Both the position numbers and the translations under genes were made by a program. This document shows positions 18,076 through 27,203 of a DNA stretch of 64,000 bases, piece after piece. How positions within the stretch are numbered: the stretch's first letter is position 1; each line of letters opens with the position of its first letter. The notes below the pieces were generated by a model. It searched no databases and was not told where the DNA came from. It saw only the letters and a program-made list of their open reading frames with translations. Source of the DNA: Anaerolineales bacterium (GTDB taxonomy: Bacteria > Chloroflexota > Anaerolineae > Anaerolineales > RBG-16-64-43); the NCBI GenBank assembly GCA_034430775.1, contig DAOUDU010000248.1:16120-80119 (forward strand), written 5' to 3'.

Positions 18076-19404
18076 TTATTTAATCTCGACTCTCTTCTCA
18101 GCCGTCGCCACTGCACCATTGGAACAAATGGCACGAAGGAATATCCGATAGGAACCCTTGCGGGAATATACATGGGAAAGTGAAGTTTCCGACGAACCTT
18201 TCCTCCAGGGTCTGGCCGCCTGTTTTTGGCTGCGGATGACGCCGTCCTGGTAATTAAAATCCGATTCCCAATAGTCCAACGAAGCAGGGAACCCGTCCGG
18301 GAGACAGGGGGATAATCCGGTGAGCGTTACGGTCACCCGGCGTGTTTCCGTGCGGATTTTGGCATCCAATTGGATGCGCTTGGCCGGCATCGGCAGGGTT
18401 CGGGCAAGCGAGTCGACGGCATACGGATGCGATCGGCCGAGCGCCAGCCGCCGCTGACAGATGGAAATCGAATGCGGAAGGATATCGCATCCGATCCAGC
18501 GCCGGGAGAGTGAATCGGCGATGCGCAGGGTGGTCCCCGACCCGCAGAAAAAATCCCCCACCAGATCCCCTTTCTGGCTTGACGCCTCAAGGATCCGTTC
18601 CAGCAGCGCCTCCGGCTTCTGGGTTGGGTAACCCGTCCGCTCGTTGTGGAGGCGTGCAATTACGGGGAAGTACCACCAATCCTCCGGAATCTTTCCACGC
18701 AGTAGATCCGGCTGTTTGCCGAATCCGGCTTTCGGAGATGATGCAAATGTACGGTGGGTGCTCGGGTTATACGGAATGCGGATTCGATCGGGGAAAAAGG
18801 CCCGTTTTTTCCCGCGGCCGTAGACAAGAATGGTGTCGTGCTTGCGGTTGAAGTAGGATTTTACGGGGGAAGGGCCGTGGTAGATCCAAATAATCTCGTT
18901 GATGAAATTCTCGGCGCCAAAAAGTTCGTCCAGCAGCACTTTCGCGAAATGCACCGCCCGCCAGTCAAGATGCAGATACAGCGTTCCTTCTGTGGAAAGC
19001 AAATCCCGCATCCGGATCAGCCGAGGATACAACATGGATAAGTATGCCTCGATCGAAGTCCATGAATCGGTGTATCCTTCGCCGAGACACCAGGTTTCCG
19101 GCTTCCGGGAATCTTCACCCCGGCCGATACGGCGCGAGAAACCCTTGCCGGTGGCGAAGGGCGGGTCACAGTAGATCAGGCGGAATTTTCCGCGCAGTTC
19201 CTCGAGCAAGGTATCCATCACGGTGAGATTGTCGCCGAGGATCAGGCGGTTGAAATCAGTGGATTTCTTTTGGATCCGGGGACCCGAGGGGAAAACTTCC
19301 ATTAACCGGTGAAGCGGGGCGGGGTGCGGAGAAGGAACCACGTCTTTTCCATTCCATACCAGACGGACGGAAGGCGTTTTTCCTTTTCCTTTGTGGATGG
19401 GCAT
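18076..19404 (-). CDS. Site-specific DNA methyltransferase (beta-class N6A/N4C, DPPF) with a C-terminal PKD-like domain
   Basis: ORF 18076..19605 trimmed to MPIHKGKG (ATG at complement 19402-19404), because upstream codons overlap the argS 3' end. Motif IV LIYCDPPFATG precedes motif I DFFCGSGTT. The last ~99 aa are an extra domain. Confidence 0.85.
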   Translation of the reverse strand: MPIHKGKGKTPSVRLVWNGKDVVPSPHPAPLHRLMEVFPSGPRIQKKSTDFNRLILGDNLTVMDTLLEELRGKFRLIYCDPPFATGKGFSRRIGRGEDSRKPETWCLGEGYTDSWTSIEAYLSMLYPRLIRMRDLLSTEGTLYLHLDWRAVHFAKVLLDELFGAENFINEIIWIYHGPSPVKSYFNRKHDTILVYGRGKKRAFFPDRIRIPYNPSTHRTFASSPKAGFGKQPDLLRGKIPEDWWYFPVIARLHNERTGYPTQKPEALLERILEASSQKGDLVGDFFCGSGTTLRIADSLSRRWIGCDILPHSISICQRRLALGRSHPYAVDSLARTLPMPAKRIQLDAKIRTETRRVTVTLTGLSPCLPDGFPASLDYWESDFNYQDGVIRSQKQAARPWRKGSSETSLSHVYSRKGSYRIFLRAICSNGAVATAEKRVEIK

Positions 19405-19438
19405 GTCGGATCGATTCTTTGCCGGAAAAACCGGCGGA

Positions 19439-21250
19439 TTACATTGCCCGCGGCGCCTGGATTCCCAGCAGCCTGAGGCTGTTCGCCAGCGTCTGACGGG
19501 TTGCGGCCACAATCGCCAAGCGTACGTCCCGGATACCGGCTTCCGCGGAGAGTACCGGGCATTCGCGGTAGAAATCCGTAAACGCCTTGGCCAGAAAATA
19601 TGCATAGTTGGCCATATACAGCGGTTTGTATTCCTCTGCCGCTCGATCCACTTCGTCGGGGAACCGCGAAATCCAGTCGATCAGCGTGATTTCCGAAGGA
19701 TGCAGTTCATAGGCGGGGAGAGCCGCGTGTGGAACCACCGCGGCTTTTTCAAGGATGCTCCCGGCCCGGACATGGGCATATTGGATGTACGGCGCAGCCT
19801 GACCGTCGAAACTCAGCGCAGTATCCCAGGAAAAGACGATCTGCTTGGTGTTGTCCACCGCCAGCATGACGTACTTCATCGCGCCGATCCCGACTTGGTC
19901 GGCGGTCGCCTCGCGTTCCGCGCCGGTCAGGTTCGGATTCTTTTCGGCAATGATTGCTGAAATCCTCCGCCGGGCTTCTTCGGCGACATCCAGATAATAG
20001 ATGATGTTTCCCTTCCGCGAAGACATGGTTCCTTCCGGGAGGGTGACGATCTCATACGCCAGATGGAAACATTTCGACGCCTGCGGGAATCCCCACAACT
20101 CGAGTATCTTGAAGGCCTGTTGGAAATGCAGGCTTTGGCGGACATCGACAACGTATACGGAACGGTCGACGTGATATTGCTCGAATTTAATCTTCGCCAG
20201 TGCCAGGTCCTTCGTGAGGTACAGGCTGGTGCCATCCGACCGCAGGATCACCGCAACCCGGTACGTTTCCTTCTTCAATCCGAGTTTCTCATCGATGCGG
20301 ACAATTACCGGACCGCCGGTCGGACGCTCATCCTCGGCGATCCCGCGCGCGATCAGTTCGTCGACGATCGACTTGCCCAATGCGTCGGCCTGGCTTTCGA
20401 AGAAAAACACATCGATCGGGATGTCCAACTGGGCAAGTACCGCATCCAATTCGTCCAGGCTCCATTGCCGGGTGCGTTCCCATAGCGCGCGGATTTTCTC
20501 ATCGCCGGTATCCCAAAGCCGGTAAAGCTCACGCACCTCGGCGTCGTATCCCTCGCGTGTTGCGCGCTCGGTTTCGGTTTCGTCCGCGTGCGGTTCGAGC
20601 AGGGTGGACGCCTCGGTGTACACCTGTCCCAGCCAACGCCCGCGTTCAAGCGCCCCGGCCGGTTCCTCGCCGGCGTGGAATTTCTGATATCCCCACATGC
20701 ACTTCACCACACCCAGACCGATATCTCCCGGGTAGGCGGCCCGGATCGTTTTATATCCGGCGAATTCGGTCAGACGGGCGAGGGATTCCCCGAGCACCAC
20801 GTTTCGAAAATGCCCGATATGGATGGAATGATGGGTATTGGGGTTGGCGTGCTCCACCATCACCGTTTCGGTTTTGGGAGACCCGCGGCCATAATCTCCG
20901 CCGAGGGAAAGCACCGCGTCGAGAACCTTCCGGACATACGGATGGGTTTCGAAGGAAATGTTCAGATAGCCGCGGACGGCCTCGATTCGCGCAAATCCCG
21001 CAGGCAACGTAATTTCGGAGGCGATTTGCTCGGCAAGTTGCTGGGCTTGTTGAGGAACGGACAGGGTGCTTTTTTTGCTGCGGACGAGGAATGCCGCCGC
21101 TTTAATACAACCGGAGGTTCCCAAGCCCCATTGGCCGGAAAAAGGAATCGGCGACCATTCGATCGCGGCAGGATCGGAAATGCCGCGGCGGGCAAACCCG
21201 GCGAGGATTTGCCGCCCGATGGAATCCACTTCTTCGCTGTAAATTCTCAT
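19439..21250 (-). CDS. argS: Arginine--tRNA ligase
   Basis: 603 aa. HANPNTHHSIHIGHFRN (HIGH), DALR-type anticodon-binding C-terminus ending in M. Confidence 0.95.
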   Translation of the reverse strand: MRIYSEEVDSIGRQILAGFARRGISDPAAIEWSPIPFSGQWGLGTSGCIKAAAFLVRSKKSTLSVPQQAQQLAEQIASEITLPAGFARIEAVRGYLNISFETHPYVRKVLDAVLSLGGDYGRGSPKTETVMVEHANPNTHHSIHIGHFRNVVLGESLARLTEFAGYKTIRAAYPGDIGLGVVKCMWGYQKFHAGEEPAGALERGRWLGQVYTEASTLLEPHADETETERATREGYDAEVRELYRLWDTGDEKIRALWERTRQWSLDELDAVLAQLDIPIDVFFFESQADALGKSIVDELIARGIAEDERPTGGPVIVRIDEKLGLKKETYRVAVILRSDGTSLYLTKDLALAKIKFEQYHVDRSVYVVDVRQSLHFQQAFKILELWGFPQASKCFHLAYEIVTLPEGTMSSRKGNIIYYLDVAEEARRRISAIIAEKNPNLTGAEREATADQVGIGAMKYVMLAVDNTKQIVFSWDTALSFDGQAAPYIQYAHVRAGSILEKAAVVPHAALPAYELHPSEITLIDWISRFPDEVDRAAEEYKPLYMANYAYFLAKAFTDFYRECPVLSAEAGIRDVRLAIVAATRQTLANSLRLLGIQAPRAM

Positions 21251-21351
21251 TCCGGGTGTTGGAAGTGCGGATCGACGATCATCCGGTTTTCATGAGCAAA
21301 AACCCCCTGTGGAAGGGGGCATTGCGGGCGATGGATCATCCGATGGCGAAT

Positions 21352-21675
21352 CTAGACTTTTTTCTTGGAAGGTGCTTTCTTCTTGGCAGGTGCTTTCTTC
21401 TTGACAGGTTCCTTCACGGCCGGCTCCTTCATGGTGTTCAACTCGCGCAAGAGCCTGCTCTTTCTGCGTGCGGCATTGTTCTTGTGGATGACGCCTTTCG
21501 AAGCGGCCTTATCCAACTCGCGGATCGCCGTCCGGATGGCGGCTTCCTTGGTTTCTTTGCCGGCGGTTTTGGCAATGCTGACCGCGGACCGCGTCCGGGT
21601 CCGGATGATGCGATTCTGCACCCGTTTGCGCTCGTTGCTGCGGATGCGTTTGATTGCGGATTTTAAATTAGCCAA
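21352..21675 (-). CDS. rpsT: 30S ribosomal protein S20 with Lys-rich C-terminal extension
   Basis: ORF 21352..21873 trimmed to TTG at complement 21673-21675, preceded by AGGAGG. ANLKSAIKRIRSNERKRVQN is the canonical S20 N-terminus. Confidence 0.9.
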   Translation of the reverse strand: MANLKSAIKRIRSNERKRVQNRIIRTRTRSAVSIAKTAGKETKEAAIRTAIRELDKAASKGVIHKNNAARRKSRLLRELNTMKEPAVKEPVKKKAPAKKKAPSKKKV

Positions 21676-21703
21676 CCTAGCCTCCTGAAATTGAATGCAT
21701 GCT

Positions 21704-21732
21704 ATTATACCCTCCCTGTTTCCATGCTGTAA
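21704..21732 (-). promoter_or_regulatory. Candidate rpsT promoter
   Basis: Minus strand: -35 TTACAG (complement 21727-21732), 17-nt spacer, -10 TATAAT (complement 21704-21709). Confidence 0.5.
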
Positions 21733-21781
21733 AGGTTCGCGCGGACCGCGCCTGATGCGGACCAAACATGAAAAAAAGGAA

Positions 21782-21810
21782 TTGACATCTGAGAATTTCC
21801 TGAGTACACT
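21782..21810 (+). promoter_or_regulatory. Candidate plsY promoter with a ~135-nt leader
   Basis: -35 TTGACA (21782-21787), 17-nt spacer, -10 TACACT (21805-21810). Confidence 0.45.
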
Positions 21811-21953
21811 TTCTTCTTCCCCGGGCACTTTGAAGACTCGAAGCGGCGGCTGACGAAGACACGAGGGATGCAAGGAGAGTCCCCGGCTGTCCCGGGAACT
21901 ATTTATCTGATCCAGTGTTATAAAAGCAAATCCTTCACAGGAGAAAGTCTGTA

Positions 21954-22694
21954 ATGATTTTTTTATTGCCCGTCGTTTTGACGGTGATGGGATATTTGAT
22001 GGGATCGATCCCCAACGGGATGCTGATGGTCCGGCTGATTACCGGTAGGGATATCCGGCAAGTCGGCAGCGGCCGCACCGGAGGGACCAACGCCATGCGC
22101 GCCGGCGGATCCTTGGCCGGGGTGGCAACGGGAATCCTGGATGTGCTGAAAAGCCTTCTCGCGGTGGAAATCAGCCGCTCGATCATGCCCGGCAATTACT
22201 GGCTGGAAATCCTGGTCGGATTGGCCGCCGTCATCGGGCATAATTACTCGATTTTCAGCATCGACTGGAAGGAAACACGATTCGGGAAAATCCCGATATT
22301 TCACGGCGGGGCAGGCGGCGCGCCCACCATGGGCGCGGCAATCGCTTTTTGGTTCCCCAGTCTGTATATCATCCTGCCGTTCGGGTTGTTGGTTTTCCTG
22401 ATCGTTGGATACGCGTCCGTCACCACCCTGGTGGGCGGCTTGACCGTGATTGTTATTTTTTCCGTCCGCGCGGCACTCGGGTATTCGTCCAAATGGTATG
22501 TGGTTTTTGGAGTGGTTTCGCTGGGCCTGATGATCTGGTCACTGCGCCCGAACATCGACCGGTTGATTCATGGGACGGAACGGGTGGTGGGGCTTCGGGC
22601 ATGGTGGCATAAGCGGCATAACCCCGCCGACGGAAAGCAACCGCTAACGGCCGATAAACAAAACCAGAACGAGAACGGCGATCGCGTCAATTAG
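21954..22694 (+). CDS. plsY: Glycerol-3-phosphate acyltransferase PlsY
   Basis: 246 aa. GYLMGSIPNG, GSGRTGGTNAMRAGG, multiple TM helices, AGGAGA SD. Has a ~40-aa polar C-terminal tail. Confidence 0.9.
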   Translation: MIFLLPVVLTVMGYLMGSIPNGMLMVRLITGRDIRQVGSGRTGGTNAMRAGGSLAGVATGILDVLKSLLAVEISRSIMPGNYWLEILVGLAAVIGHNYSIFSIDWKETRFGKIPIFHGGAGGAPTMGAAIAFWFPSLYIILPFGLLVFLIVGYASVTTLVGGLTVIVIFSVRAALGYSSKWYVVFGVVSLGLMIWSLRPNIDRLIHGTERVVGLRAWWHKRHNPADGKQPLTADKQNQNENGDRVN

Positions 22695-23486
22695 GAAATA
22701 TTCCAGCAGTATGGACTTGTTTTTTGGATCTTTCGAACGAATTTGCGCAACGCCAACCGCGGTGTGGGCCGCCAAAGTCAATACCAGGCCGAACGTCACA
22801 GACGAGACGGGGAGATAAAAGAGCGGCAGCGCCAGTTCCGAAATAAGGAGCCCGATCCCCGCCGCGTAGTATCGCTTCATCGAATTGCCCGGTTCCAATA
22901 AATCCAACAATCGCAAGGCAATCGCCGCCACGCAGACCGCAATGACCGGCAGAGCGAACGTTAGCCGTGTCTGGCTGGCATGGATCGCGTTCAGCAAAAT
23001 GGCCAGCACGGTCAGGCCGAGGATATTCAATCCCACCGACGCCAGATCGTAGCGGATCCCTTCTTTTTCGATCGTAAGATATTCGCACACGATGCTGAAG
23101 ATCAGCAATCCGGTCACCAGGACCAGCCCAAACCACCAGCGCGGGCCCGGCGGGTACATGTTTACGGCTGCGCTCCCCCCAAACGCGGTGATCCCGGGCA
23201 GGATCCAGTGGATGGCCGTAGCGGTGTCCGGTTTTCCATCGGAAGTGCCGGAAAGGGCGGGATGCGTTCGCAGGATGCTTTCGGTTCCGATAACGACCAG
23301 CAACGCCAGCAGGAGCATGAACAGCAAGTTGCCGTTCAGCTCGATCACCCATTGAATGTTCATCACCGTTACGCGAATGCCGCGGCTGGGTATCTCCACA
23401 AAACGGGAGATCCCGTTCACCAGGAGAATGACCGCTGAGATGGTGCTTAAATGCCGGATGTCAATTTTTAATTTATAATTGTTCAC
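22644..23486 (-). CDS. Hypothetical polytopic membrane protein
   Basis: 280-aa ORF (GTG start) with ~8 hydrophobic segments. No family recognised; start uncertain. Confidence 0.5.
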   Translation of the reverse strand: MNNYKLKIDIRHLSTISAVILLVNGISRFVEIPSRGIRVTVMNIQWVIELNGNLLFMLLLALLVVIGTESILRTHPALSGTSDGKPDTATAIHWILPGITAFGGSAAVNMYPPGPRWWFGLVLVTGLLIFSIVCEYLTIEKEGIRYDLASVGLNILGLTVLAILLNAIHASQTRLTFALPVIAVCVAAIALRLLDLLEPGNSMKRYYAAGIGLLISELALPLFYLPVSSVTFGLVLTLAAHTAVGVAQIRSKDPKNKSILLEYFLIDAIAVLVLVLFIGR

Positions 23487-23561
23487 ATCCGGATTTTATC
23501 ACGGGAAAATCGCCGAAGGTTTCCCCGCGTTCGGAAATCGGCCGAATCCTCGAGGCATTGC

Positions 23562-24371
23562 ATGATCCTCATTGCGGTTTTGCTCGGATGGATTTTCGCC
23601 GTGGCAGTCAACGGTTTGGCGGATAATCTCCTGCGGGAAGACGACGTGCCGCTCCGTTGGGTATGTATCCCGCGCTGCCAATATTGCGATTCCCCGCGCA
23701 AGATGCCGGATTGGTCGGCCATCCTCTCCACCTTGTTTTTTTCCGGCCGCTGTCTGCGCTGTAGCGCTCCCCGGCCGCTGCGGGACCTCGCGGCGGAAGC
23801 ACTCCTATGGCTCGGGGTCCCCATCATTTGGATGATCGGCCGCCCCGACGCCCATGCACTGTTCACCGGAGGGGTGGTTCTTTCGGCATGCCTCCTTTTT
23901 ACCATCATCGATTTCGAACACCGTGCCGTTTTGGTCGAATCCGTTGCGCTTGTATCGCTTGCACTGCTGTTGGATGGTCTGACAAGCGGAACGGAAATAC
24001 CCCTTCGCATGCTTTTAGGCGGATTGGGCGGATTCTCCATTTTTATGCTGCTTTTCCTGCTGGGGAAACTGCTGGCGGTTATGTTCAGAATCGGAGGGGA
24101 TATCGAACCGCTCGGATTCGGAGACGTCATCCTCGCGGCGTTCGTCGGTTTTATTACCGGTTGGCCGGCCATTCTCCTCGCTATTTTTGTTTCAATCTTC
24201 CTCGGAGGGATAGCCGGTGTGGGTTTGGTCATCATTATGTCAGTTAAAAGGTCTTCACTTAATAATGCGACCATGGCTTACGGCCCCTATCTGCTGATGG
24301 CCGGACTGCTGATTTACTTCTTTGGAACACCGTTCCTGGGGGGCCTATTGAATTTATTAAATGCCTTTTAG
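23562..24371 (+). CDS. Prepilin peptidase (A24 family)
   Basis: 269 aa. N-terminal CxxC...CxxC (CQYCDSP, CLRCSAP), IIDFEHR and GFGDVILAAFVG catalytic Asp contexts, AYGPYLL. Confidence 0.8.
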   Translation: MILIAVLLGWIFAVAVNGLADNLLREDDVPLRWVCIPRCQYCDSPRKMPDWSAILSTLFFSGRCLRCSAPRPLRDLAAEALLWLGVPIIWMIGRPDAHALFTGGVVLSACLLFTIIDFEHRAVLVESVALVSLALLLDGLTSGTEIPLRMLLGGLGGFSIFMLLFLLGKLLAVMFRIGGDIEPLGFGDVILAAFVGFITGWPAILLAIFVSIFLGGIAGVGLVIIMSVKRSSLNNATMAYGPYLLMAGLLIYFFGTPFLGGLLNLLNAF

Positions 24372-24621
24372 GCCGGATTCTCCCCGATGTATTGTCAAAA
24401 AAACAGTAATCGAATTGCATCTACTCAGCCAGACTTCTTCCTTTGTATACGGATGCACCGCAAAGAGCCGAGCATTGCTCCGGGCACGCACATAGGAATT
24501 ATTCCAAGTATTAAATGGAAGCGAATATGCTTCGGAAAATAATTGGCTCTTTGTACATGTTGTGGTTATCACTTTCAGCTGGGATTCGCCAATTGAATCT
24601 ACAACGGGAAAAAACGGGTGA

Positions 24622-24660
24622 ATAAAAAAAAGGGGGGCTGATCCATTGATGGATCAGCCC
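24622..24660 (-). terminator. Intrinsic terminator of secDF
   Basis: Perfect 12-bp arms gggctgatccat/atggatcagccc (24635-24660). On the minus strand they are followed by a T-run (plus-strand A-run 24623-24631). The secF stop lies 22 nt upstream. Confidence 0.8.
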
Positions 24661-24681
24661 TCTTTGGGCTAAAAATAATTG

Positions 24682-25626
24682 TCAGGCTTTGGCGTTCGAA
24701 GGGCGGCGAAACCTTGAAAACCATTTTTCCCATTCGCGATTTTCCCAGACCACCAGGATGGCCGCCGCGTTGAAGATGGAGGAGTACGCGCCGCTGGCCA
24801 TTCCGACCAGGAGAATAACAATGAAATGCCGGGTGGTGACGCCGCCGAAAAGCACCATCGCCAGCAGCGTAAACAGCACGGTCAGGGTCGTGTTGATGGA
24901 CCGGTCGAGTGTCTGCACGATACTGTGATTGACGACGGTTTCAAAGGGAGCATATTTGTGTTTCACGCGGTTTTCCCGGATCCGGTCGAAAACGACGATC
25001 GTATCGTGAACGGAAAAACCGATGACGGTCAGCAATGCCGTCAGGAAGAGGGCGTCGGCTTCCCAGCCCAGCACCAGCCCCAGGATGGCTTCCAGACCAA
25101 GAAGGACCAGGACGTCGTGAACGAGCGAGAAAACCGCCGCCATGCCGTAGCGGGAGGCGTTGGGGAGTTTGCGGAACGCAAACCATACATAGAGCGCGAT
25201 CCCGATGGCCGCCAGGGCAACGGCGCCGGCCGCCCGCTGGGCGACCTCGCCGCCCACCGCCGCGCCGACGTTATCGGCCATATTCAATGTCACCCCGTCG
25301 AATGCCTCAGACAGCGTGGCGATGATTGAGTCGATGGTTGCTTGGTCTATCTGCTGGACCCGCAGGACAATCCCGTCCGCGCCCAGCGTCTGAATTTGTA
25401 TATTTTCCAGCTTCTCGCCCGGCGCGGCGATCGAGACGTTTTCCAGCGCCGTCCGTATTTCATCAGGCGTGGGAGCCTTTCCGGAATTGAACAGGATTTC
25501 CAGCATCGTTCCGCCGGTGAAATCGATTGACGGTCGAAGCCCGCCCAGGGCCAGCGCAATGATCCCGGGGATGATGATCAGCAGTGAAAGACCGAAGAAC
25601 CAGTACCGCTTGCCGATGATATTCAT
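24682..25626 (-). CDS. secF: Protein translocase subunit SecF
   Basis: 314 aa. IDFTGGT, GFSVHDTIVVFDRIREN motifs. 4-nt overlap with secD. Confidence 0.9.
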   Translation of the reverse strand: MNIIGKRYWFFGLSLLIIIPGIIALALGGLRPSIDFTGGTMLEILFNSGKAPTPDEIRTALENVSIAAPGEKLENIQIQTLGADGIVLRVQQIDQATIDSIIATLSEAFDGVTLNMADNVGAAVGGEVAQRAAGAVALAAIGIALYVWFAFRKLPNASRYGMAAVFSLVHDVLVLLGLEAILGLVLGWEADALFLTALLTVIGFSVHDTIVVFDRIRENRVKHKYAPFETVVNHSIVQTLDRSINTTLTVLFTLLAMVLFGGVTTRHFIVILLVGMASGAYSSIFNAAAILVVWENREWEKWFSRFRRPSNAKA

Positions 25627-27125
25627 CCCGCACTCTCCGTGTTCGAGGTGTTTTCATCCCAAATGCCGAACCAGGAATGCCGTTCCGAAAAATCGACACG
25701 GTCCAGCACGAGATGCAGCAGATTGCGGGTGACCAAAATGGCCGTAAACATACTGACCAGAACACCCACCGCAAGGGTGATCGCAAAACCTTTTACGATA
25801 TTGGCGCCGAAGGTTCCGCCGAACCAGATCAGGATCCCGCAGGTGATCAGGGTGGAAATGTTGGAATCCCGGATCGAAAGCCAGGCCCGAGAGAAACCCA
25901 TCTCCACCGCATCACGCAGCGCCTTGCCCCCCCGTAATTCCTCCTTCATCCGTTCAAAGATCAGGACGTTCGCATCCACCGCCATGCCAACGGAAAGGAT
26001 GAACCCGGCGATGCCGGGCAGAGTGAAGGTAACCGGGATCAACCGGTAGATGGTCAGGCTGGTCAGGGCATACAGGATCAGGGCCACATCGGCCAGCGCG
26101 CCCGGCAGCCGGTAATACAGCAGCATAAAGAGCGCCACCGCGAGCAGTCCGATCGCGCCGGCGATCAGCGAGTGGCGGAGTGAATCCTGACCGAGGGTCG
26201 GGCCGATCGTCTGTTCGCGGATGACTTTCAAAGGGACTGGCATCGCACCGTAGGTGAGCAGAATGGCCAGCTGTTTGGCTTGCGCGGCCGTGAAGCTTCC
26301 GGAGATGCTCCCGCTGCCGCCTAAAATCGGTTCGCTGACCGTCGGGCAGGAAATCACCACTTTATCCAGGGCGATCGCCAGATACCAACCGACGTGGTTT
26401 GTCGTGTACTCGGCGAATATTTTCGCGCCGTTGTCGGAAAGGAGAAAATCCACGCTCGGTTTGTTGGCGGCATCCCGCCCCACCTGTGCGCTCTGCAGGT
26501 CCGCGCCGGTCATGATGGTGTGGTACACGGTTCCGGGATCAGCCGCGGGAGTCGCGATAGGCGTCGTTTGCAGGTTCAATCCCCCCGCGCCTTCCTCGGT
26601 CGCGATCACGACAAACCCGGTCGTGGCGGTCGCGGTCGGTTCAGGGGTGTTCGTCAAGAAGGGTGTAAGGAGCGATGAGGGAGTTCCAGTGCCGGTCAGG
26701 CCGGGGCCGGAGGAGGTGAGATGGTCTGTGGCAATCGTCGTGCTCTCATCAATCCGGTATTGCGTTTCTACAAATTCCAGCAAACCTGTGTTTTGGATGA
26801 GCTTGCGGGCTTCCTCCGGGTTATCGTACCCGGGAAGTTCGACGACAATTCGACGCGGCAGGGAAATCTGGACGACGGCTTCACTGACACCAAGCGCGTT
26901 CACGCGGTTCTCGATGACCCCGGCGGCGACTTCCAATGATTGGGCGGGAATTTCCTGATCCGCCGGAAGATCGGCCTCCAGCAGAATCTGCTGTCCGCCC
27001 TGGAGGTCCAGGCCCTGACGAATGCGCGTTTCTTGGCCGAACACCAAAATGTTCTTCGGTATATTGACGACCATGATCGCTATCGCCATGATAATGACTG
27101 TAACCCACGTTATGGCCCGACTCAT
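25623..27125 (-). CDS. secD: Protein translocase subunit SecD
   Basis: ORF 25623..27164 trimmed to MSRAITWV. LGLDLQGG-like QGLDLQGG, GPTLGQDS, GMAVDANVLIFERMKEE. Confidence 0.9.
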   Translation of the reverse strand: MSRAITWVTVIIMAIAIMVVNIPKNILVFGQETRIRQGLDLQGGQQILLEADLPADQEIPAQSLEVAAGVIENRVNALGVSEAVVQISLPRRIVVELPGYDNPEEARKLIQNTGLLEFVETQYRIDESTTIATDHLTSSGPGLTGTGTPSSLLTPFLTNTPEPTATATTGFVVIATEEGAGGLNLQTTPIATPAADPGTVYHTIMTGADLQSAQVGRDAANKPSVDFLLSDNGAKIFAEYTTNHVGWYLAIALDKVVISCPTVSEPILGGSGSISGSFTAAQAKQLAILLTYGAMPVPLKVIREQTIGPTLGQDSLRHSLIAGAIGLLAVALFMLLYYRLPGALADVALILYALTSLTIYRLIPVTFTLPGIAGFILSVGMAVDANVLIFERMKEELRGGKALRDAVEMGFSRAWLSIRDSNISTLITCGILIWFGGTFGANIVKGFAITLAVGVLVSMFTAILVTRNLLHLVLDRVDFSERHSWFGIWDENTSNTESAG

Positions 27126-27203
27126 CCCATCTACCTCCAAACAACAAAATATCTGCCGCGGCAAAAACGCCCATCGCCGGTCCAGGCAGACGCGGACATT
27201 ATA

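Noticed and set aside
15500-19404. HNH endonuclease plus DNA methyltransferase as a restriction-modification or defence island
   Set aside because: They are separated by two unrelated genes (a PfkB kinase and a response regulator), and the response regulator runs in the opposite orientation. This small HNH architecture (N-terminal beta domain plus CxxC HNH) is a widely conserved stand-alone family. Nothing else defence-like (ATPase, nuclease, abortive-infection genes) is present.
19405-19605. N-terminal 67 codons of the 509-aa methyltransferase ORF, and similar long N-extensions of the tig, HAD, aspartase-like, sodA, secD, gyrB, sufR, sufU and lipoprotein ORFs
   Set aside because: The extensions overlap upstream genes or the tRNA, lack SDs, and have shadow-like composition. 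Internal ATG/GTG starts with good SDs give canonical N-termini.
20380-21295. 210-aa and 235-aa plus-strand ORFs
   Set aside because: Antisense to argS, with Arg/Pro/Gly-rich shadow-frame composition.
24357-24572. 71-aa minus-strand ORF in the prepilin-peptidase/secF spacer
   Set aside because: It has a GTG start without a convincing SD, overlaps the peptidase 3' end, and sits downstream of the secF terminator. No family was recognised, so it is kept only as a remote possibility.
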